From assembly GCA_036479435.1 (NCBI GenBank), contig JAZGFI010000274.1:1-11980 (forward strand): a DNA stretch of 11,980 nt. The letters are read 5' to 3'. A model generated the notes under the pieces. It ran no database searches. It saw only the letters and a list, made by a program, of their open reading frames with translations, and had not been told where the DNA came from. Shown here piece after piece: positions 8,265 to 11,980 of this stretch. Position 1 is the first letter of the stretch; every line of letters begins with the position of its first letter. Made by a program: the position numbers and the translations under genes. The DNA is from Planctomycetota bacterium. GTDB lineage: Bacteria; Planctomycetota; GCA-002687715; DRQF01.

Positions 8265-8981
8265 TTAGCCTGCGGGCACCAAAGTCGTTGCCGCATTCAA
8301 CATGATCTGAACTTGAGACGGTCGTCCCCAGACCACCAAGATGTCGTTTTCGGCGAGAACCGTTGTGCCCTTCGGAGGGAAGTGTAGGTCCAGTCCCTCT
8401 CGTTCGAGGGCGACAAAAGAAAGCTCGCTGGCTTCTTCGGCCCCGCAGGACTTAAGAGTTCTCCCAATAAGTCTGGAGCCCTTTGAGACGACAATTTCCG
8501 CGAGCGCCACATCCTCGTCCGGATTTGCCGATCGCGAAAGAAGGTCTGCCACGCGGGGGTTCGCGATGGCATTGACCGTGTCGATGCCAGCGCTGCGGTC
8601 GGGCACGATCACGGTGCGTGCTCCCGCTTTTCGCATCTTCCCGAGCTGATCTTCCCGAGCGGCCCGCGCTACGATTTCTAGGTGGGGGTTGAGCGCGTGA
8701 GCACTGAGGCAAGTTGCAATCGCGATTTCAAAGTCTTCCATGGCAACGACCAGGTGTGAGGCGCGAAAGGCCCCCGCCGTTACGAGGAGATCGTCCTCGG
8801 ATTCGACACCGCATACGGTGGTAAACCCTCGGTGCTTTGCTTCGGCGCAACGCTCCGGGCAACGCTCGAGAATCACGACCTCTCGCAGGGTCATGGCGAG
8901 CTGTTTCGCGATGACGCGGCCATACTCGCTGAATCCAGCGATGATCACGTGGTTTTGATAGGTCTCGATTGACTGGGTCAT
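8265..8981 (-). CDS. Stand-alone RCK protein (TrkA-N plus TrkA-C) with no transmembrane pore
   Basis: NHVIIAGFSEYGRVIA (degenerate GxGxxG), ALNPHLEIVARA, KMRKAGARTVIVP, C-terminal GSRLIGRTL...PPKGTTVLAENDILVVWG. GGAG lies 7 nt before the ATG. Confidence 0.85.
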   Translation of the reverse strand: MTQSIETYQNHVIIAGFSEYGRVIAKQLAMTLREVVILERCPERCAEAKHRGFTTVCGVESEDDLLVTAGAFRASHLVVAMEDFEIAIATCLSAHALNPHLEIVARAAREDQLGKMRKAGARTVIVPDRSAGIDTVNAIANPRVADLLSRSANPDEDVALAEIVVSKGSRLIGRTLKSCGAEEASELSFVALEREGLDLHFPPKGTTVLAENDILVVWGRPSQVQIMLNAATTLVPAG

Positions 8982-8996
8982 TTCATGGCTCCGAGT

Positions 8997-9689
8997 TTAG
9001 GAGGTTCCGGCCAGAAGTGGCTCAGCTAGGAACCTCTCGGCAGCGACAAGCGCTGGATCGACGTCTGCAGTCTTTAGGATGTCGTCTTGGTCGGCTGCTC
9101 TTACCAAGACCAAAAGGCCTTGGGTCGAGATGGGGGCCACATCTATGCAGTGGCCCTTGTCAGTAAATTGTAGGCGCGGGAAGACGTTGCCACCCGCAAG
9201 CCGAAAGAGATTTGCGCTCTCGGCGTAGGCTTCGCGCAAGTGTCGAGTCAAATTCGGATCGCTGATGCTATCCGCCGGATAGTGAAGTCTCGATTGACCG
9301 GTTTCATCTAGGATGTACACCGAGTCACACTTTGACCTCACGATCAGTTCTTCAAGCACACTACGTGTTCGATCAACTTCATCGCTCATTCGACAAAGCT
9401 CCAAGACCACAACATCCGTGGCCATGCCCAGTTGATCTTCAAGCGCGGAACTGTCGGCTTCGAACCAACAGTTTTCGCGCCCGTGCACTTGCATCGCGAC
9501 AATTGCTGGCAGCCCAGTTTGGGAGCCGATCTCCGCGTCGCAGATTTTTCCTTTGCGAAGGTGGATGATTCCGATCTCCTCGCCGCAGTCGACATTCAAT
9601 CGTCCGTCGGTCGACCCGATCGCCATCATTTGGATGACCTGCGTGAGGACCAGCTCGCCAAAATCTCCGCTGACTGTGAAGTTCGCCAT
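8997..9689 (-). CDS. DUF4388 (PatA-N-like) domain fused to an MglB-like roadblock/LC7 domain
   Basis: N-terminus SGDFGELVLTQVIQMM...DGRLNV...GIIHLRKGKICDAE follows the DUF4388 pattern. C-terminus SVLEELIVRSKCDSVYILDETGQ...LFRLAGGNVFP...GLLVLV resembles MglB by eye. Confidence 0.75.
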   Translation of the reverse strand: MANFTVSGDFGELVLTQVIQMMAIGSTDGRLNVDCGEEIGIIHLRKGKICDAEIGSQTGLPAIVAMQVHGRENCWFEADSSALEDQLGMATDVVVLELCRMSDEVDRTRSVLEELIVRSKCDSVYILDETGQSRLHYPADSISDPNLTRHLREAYAESANLFRLAGGNVFPRLQFTDKGHCIDVAPISTQGLLVLVRAADQDDILKTADVDPALVAAERFLAEPLLAGTS

Positions 9690-9695
9690 GATTCG

Positions 9696-10388
9696 TCAGT
9701 CCTTCGGTGATCGAAGGAACGTGGCCACGGCTTCGGCCGCATGCTCTGGGATGCCCTTGCCGCGAAAGGTCAAGGCCATCGCAGAACCCTGTTGCGCGAA
9801 CGACACCAAAACTGACAGCCGGCCCATTCGAATGGCGACTTGCCCCGTCGGAGTATCCGGGCTTTGTGTTTTCTTCCAAGTGGCAACGGTGCGTGCTAGA
9901 GCCTCGCCGTAGATCTCGGACACGCGATCTTGCCTGCGATCGTAGCCTTCGAGAATCGTCCCGTCTTGACCAATGAGGATTCCAGAGCTTGAGTGAAGTC
10001 GCGCGGCCAACTCGGAGAACGCGGTTCGGCTCTTTGGCGGGAACTCTTGTTCTTTCGGCTCGCGGTTCTTCTTCGAGCTTTGCGGCAAAGACTGTGCCGT
10101 ATCTAGGTTGATGTCTTTGCGTTTCTCTAAGAGAGCGATGGCATCGGGATCGCCACGCAGGTGGTCAAATAAGTCGATTGCCTCGAAACCCTGCAGACAT
10201 TTGGTCATCGTCCCGACCGAGTCGGCGGCGATAAGTCGTCTGCGCTCAAGGAAGGAGAGAAAGCTCTCAGCGGGTAGCGCTTCTTGCTTCCAGATCGCTT
10301 CCGCGAGTTCCACTTGTTGAAGGGTCAATAGACCCCGATCCGACAAGAAGAAGACGAGCTCGTCGCTGGAAATGCTGATGTTGACCAA
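9696..10388 (-). CDS. Hypothetical protein: N-terminal helical domain (GspE/PilB-N-like), polar linker, C-terminal roadblock/LC7-like domain
   Basis: Frame is open from 10448. TTG 10388 after AAGGG is the likely start (ATG 10433 is an alternative). FLSDRGLLTLQQVELA...FLERRRLI helical pattern; SGILIGQDGTILE...GQVAIRMGRLSVLV...MALTF roadblock pattern. Lies 6 nt upstream of the DUF4388 gene. Confidence 0.6.
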   Translation of the reverse strand: MVNISISSDELVFFLSDRGLLTLQQVELAEAIWKQEALPAESFLSFLERRRLIAADSVGTMTKCLQGFEAIDLFDHLRGDPDAIALLEKRKDINLDTAQSLPQSSKKNREPKEQEFPPKSRTAFSELAARLHSSSGILIGQDGTILEGYDRRQDRVSEIYGEALARTVATWKKTQSPDTPTGQVAIRMGRLSVLVSFAQQGSAMALTFRGKGIPEHAAEAVATFLRSPKD

Positions 10389-10510
10389 CTTTTCGCCCTT
10401 CGTGTGGTCGCGCGCCCATCGCCGCGACTGCATGTTTATTTTCGGCAAAAGGCGAAAGAAAACCTGACAAGAAATGTGCCAAAGTTCTTGGTCCGCCCTA
10501 GACGATAAAG

Positions 10511-10540
10511 GACACGGAACCGTGTCTTGAGACTTACGTT
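10511..10540 (+). promoter_or_regulatory. ECF-sigma-type promoter (GGAAC-N16-CGTT) overlapped by a 7-2-7 palindrome
   Basis: GGAAC 10516-10520, 16-nt spacer, CGTT 10537-10540, 30-45 nt before the parA-like start. Palindrome GACACGG-AA-CCGTGTC at 10511-10526. Confidence 0.5.
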
Positions 10541-10584
10541 GCGCCGATCTTGATGACGTCTGGCGCCGGATGGGAAATCACAAA

Positions 10585-11421
10585 ATGGCCAAGCCCTATA
10601 CGCTCGCGATATCCAGCCATAAGGGCGGATTCGGTCGTACGCTCAGCGCCGCCGCTCTCGCCGTCAGCTTGGGGCGCAACGGGATGACCGTCGCCATTCT
10701 TGATGTGACCAGGACCAAAGATCTACAGGAGATCGCCGCACGAGTCGAATGGGAGAACGTCGTTCTGATGGGCGATGAAGGCCTAGGCATGACGCCGGAC
10801 TACGTCATTGTCGACTGTCCTCACTTATCCGAGCCCGACGCCGTCTCAGTCCTCTCTTATGCTGACGGCGCACTCATCACTTGTCCGCCAGAGCGGTCGG
10901 CGACGGTGACGATCTCGACGGCAGTCAAAGCGTTGTTGCGCGCGCAGAGCGAGAATCCAGGTCTTGAGATCCTGGGGATCTGCCTGACTTCTTTTCGAGA
11001 AGAAAGCTCGCGGCAGCAAGGTGTTCTTGAGGAGCTATCTGAGCTGCACCCGGGATTGATGCTTGAGGCTGTCGTACCGGCCGACACGGCATTTTCGAAA
11101 TGGGCCCTGAGGCCGTCCCGCCCTCCGGTCGATGGCGCAGCGTTTCAGGCCTATGCGAAGCTTGCAGAGCACATCGAGACTCGACGCCAACACCTTTTGA
11201 GCAACCCTGCGCCTAGTGGGCTGGAAGAACTCGTCGCTGCCATCGCGCGTGAAGACGCCGCGGACGCGAGCGAACGACAGCTTGTCGATGACATCAACTG
11301 GTGCGAGCTGTGCGGCGGGAGCATTCCGCGCAAGTTCGTGCGCAACGGTAAGGCGAGGCGAAACGCCAAAGGTCAATTGAGTTGTGCCAAGTGCCTCGGA
11401 CAACCGGTAGGCGTCAACTAA
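10585..11421 (+). CDS. ParA/MinD-family protein with degenerate Walker A and a C-terminal Cys4 zinc-finger-like domain
   Basis: LAISSHKGGFGRT (canonical KGGxGKT/S), DYVIVDCP, YADGALI, LEILGICLT, AFQAYAKLAEHI; tail WCELCGGSIP...LSCAKC. Start is ATG 10585 or 10570. Confidence 0.82.
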   Translation: MAKPYTLAISSHKGGFGRTLSAAALAVSLGRNGMTVAILDVTRTKDLQEIAARVEWENVVLMGDEGLGMTPDYVIVDCPHLSEPDAVSVLSYADGALITCPPERSATVTISTAVKALLRAQSENPGLEILGICLTSFREESSRQQGVLEELSELHPGLMLEAVVPADTAFSKWALRPSRPPVDGAAFQAYAKLAEHIETRRQHLLSNPAPSGLEELVAAIAREDAADASERQLVDDINWCELCGGSIPRKFVRNGKARRNAKGQLSCAKCLGQPVGVN

Positions 11422-11459
11422 CTCGCTACAAACGCCGACCCTGCAGTGGTGAAGATTCT

Positions 11460-11723
11460 CTATTCCGTGATCGTAATCTTGTTGAGGCCGCGAGGGTTGT
11501 CGACGTCGTAGCCCTTGACCTCGGTGAGCGCCGCACAGAAAACTTGGCTCGGCACGATATTCACCAGGGGGCTCAGCCATTCCGGCGTCGGCTGCAAACA
11601 CACCCCGAGGCGGCCCGGTGAATGGGCCTCACGTTCGTCTCCCACCACGAAGACTTCGGCACCGTGCTTTTGTTCGAGTTGCCGGAGTAGGTCGCAGAGG
11701 TCATTCGCAACCGGTCCTTGATG
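11460..11723 (-). pseudogene. 3' remnant of a SIS-domain (GlmS-like) sugar-phosphate isomerase/deaminase
   Basis: Frame reads HQGPVANDLCDLLRQLEQKHGAEVFVVGD...PEWLSPLVNIVPSQVFCAALTEVKGYDVDNPRGLNKIT, the typical GlmS/SIS C-terminus. In-frame stops at 11724-11726 (TGA) and 11736-11738 (TAA), and no recognisable N-terminal part upstream. Confidence 0.78.
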
Positions 11724-11764
11724 TCAGCAGCCAACTTAGTCGAGGGCAATTCGGCGATTTATCG

Positions 11765-11810
11765 CCACGCTCTTTGAGGCTCGTTGGATTCTGAGCCTCA
11801 AAGAGCGTGG
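11765..11810. repeat. Perfect 18-bp inverted repeat with a 10-nt spacer
   Basis: CCACGCTCTTTGAGGCTC (11765-11782), GTTGGATTCT, GAGCCTCAAAGAGCGTGG (11793-11810). Extends 4 more bp with two G-U pairs on the + strand. Confidence 0.9.
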
Positions 11811-11853
11811 TGGTCGGCATCCGAGCCATGCCTTTGAAAACCTCGGGGGTCTG

Positions 11854-11872
11854 AGGGGGCTGGCCCCCTTTT
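11854..11872 (+). terminator. Short GC hairpin with T-run (terminator-like or REP-like)
   Basis: AGGGGGC-TG-GCCCCCT followed by TTT. Confidence 0.35.
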
Positions 11873-11980
11873 CCTCTTCAAGCGCCGTAGGCGCCCGCAC
11901 CCCAAAAAAAGAGGCCTCCCCAAGCCGCTCTTGACAAGCGATCTGAGAAGGCCAATGTCTCCGATATATCAACCCCGGAG

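Noticed and set aside
11724..11726. TGA upstream of the SIS remnant as a possible Sec codon
   Set aside because: An in-frame TAA lies four codons further upstream (11736-11738) with no start codon between them.
11736..11972. 78-aa minus-strand ORF
   Set aside because: Runs through the inverted-repeat cluster and shows no protein-like motifs or SIS similarity.
11931..11980. Perfect TTGACA -35 box and terminal GGAG as a promoter/RBS for a gene beyond the window
   Set aside because: No convincing -10 hexamer at 16-18 nt spacing, and the downstream gene is not visible.
1..11980. CRISPR array, tRNA/rRNA, transposase or integrase
   Set aside because: No spaced direct repeats, RNA-gene signatures or recombinase motifs were seen by eye.

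Overview
GC-rich bacterial window, probably Planctomycetota (inferred from the PVC-type dehydrogenase-domain protein, Tat-exported Gfo/Idh/MocA oxidoreductase and futalosine-pathway mqnD). Left to right: (1) a >960-aa PVC-type dehydrogenase/HEAT lipoprotein on the minus strand, missing from the ORF track because it runs off the left edge; (2) a xylulokinase pseudogene; (3) the main finding, three minus-strand ORF pieces (3986-5053) that form one 355-aa frame broken only by two in-frame UGA codons. Each UGA sits at a redox-active Cys position (thioredoxin-like VPG-U-KT-C; MsrA-like GMS-U-YWVGE) and has its own SECIS-like hairpin, so this reads as an exported double-selenocysteine Trx/MsrA-like protein; (4) a Tat Gfo/Idh/MocA oxidoreductase; (5) a class I SAM methyltransferase divergent from mqnD; (6) a putative signalling/polarity module: roadblock protein, DUF4388-MglB-like fusion and pore-less RCK protein, divergent from a degenerate ParA/MinD with a C-terminal Cys4 finger and an ECF-type promoter; (7) a 5'-truncated SIS/GlmS-like remnant next to a cluster of inverted repeats. 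Family assignments come from motif recognition, not database searches.
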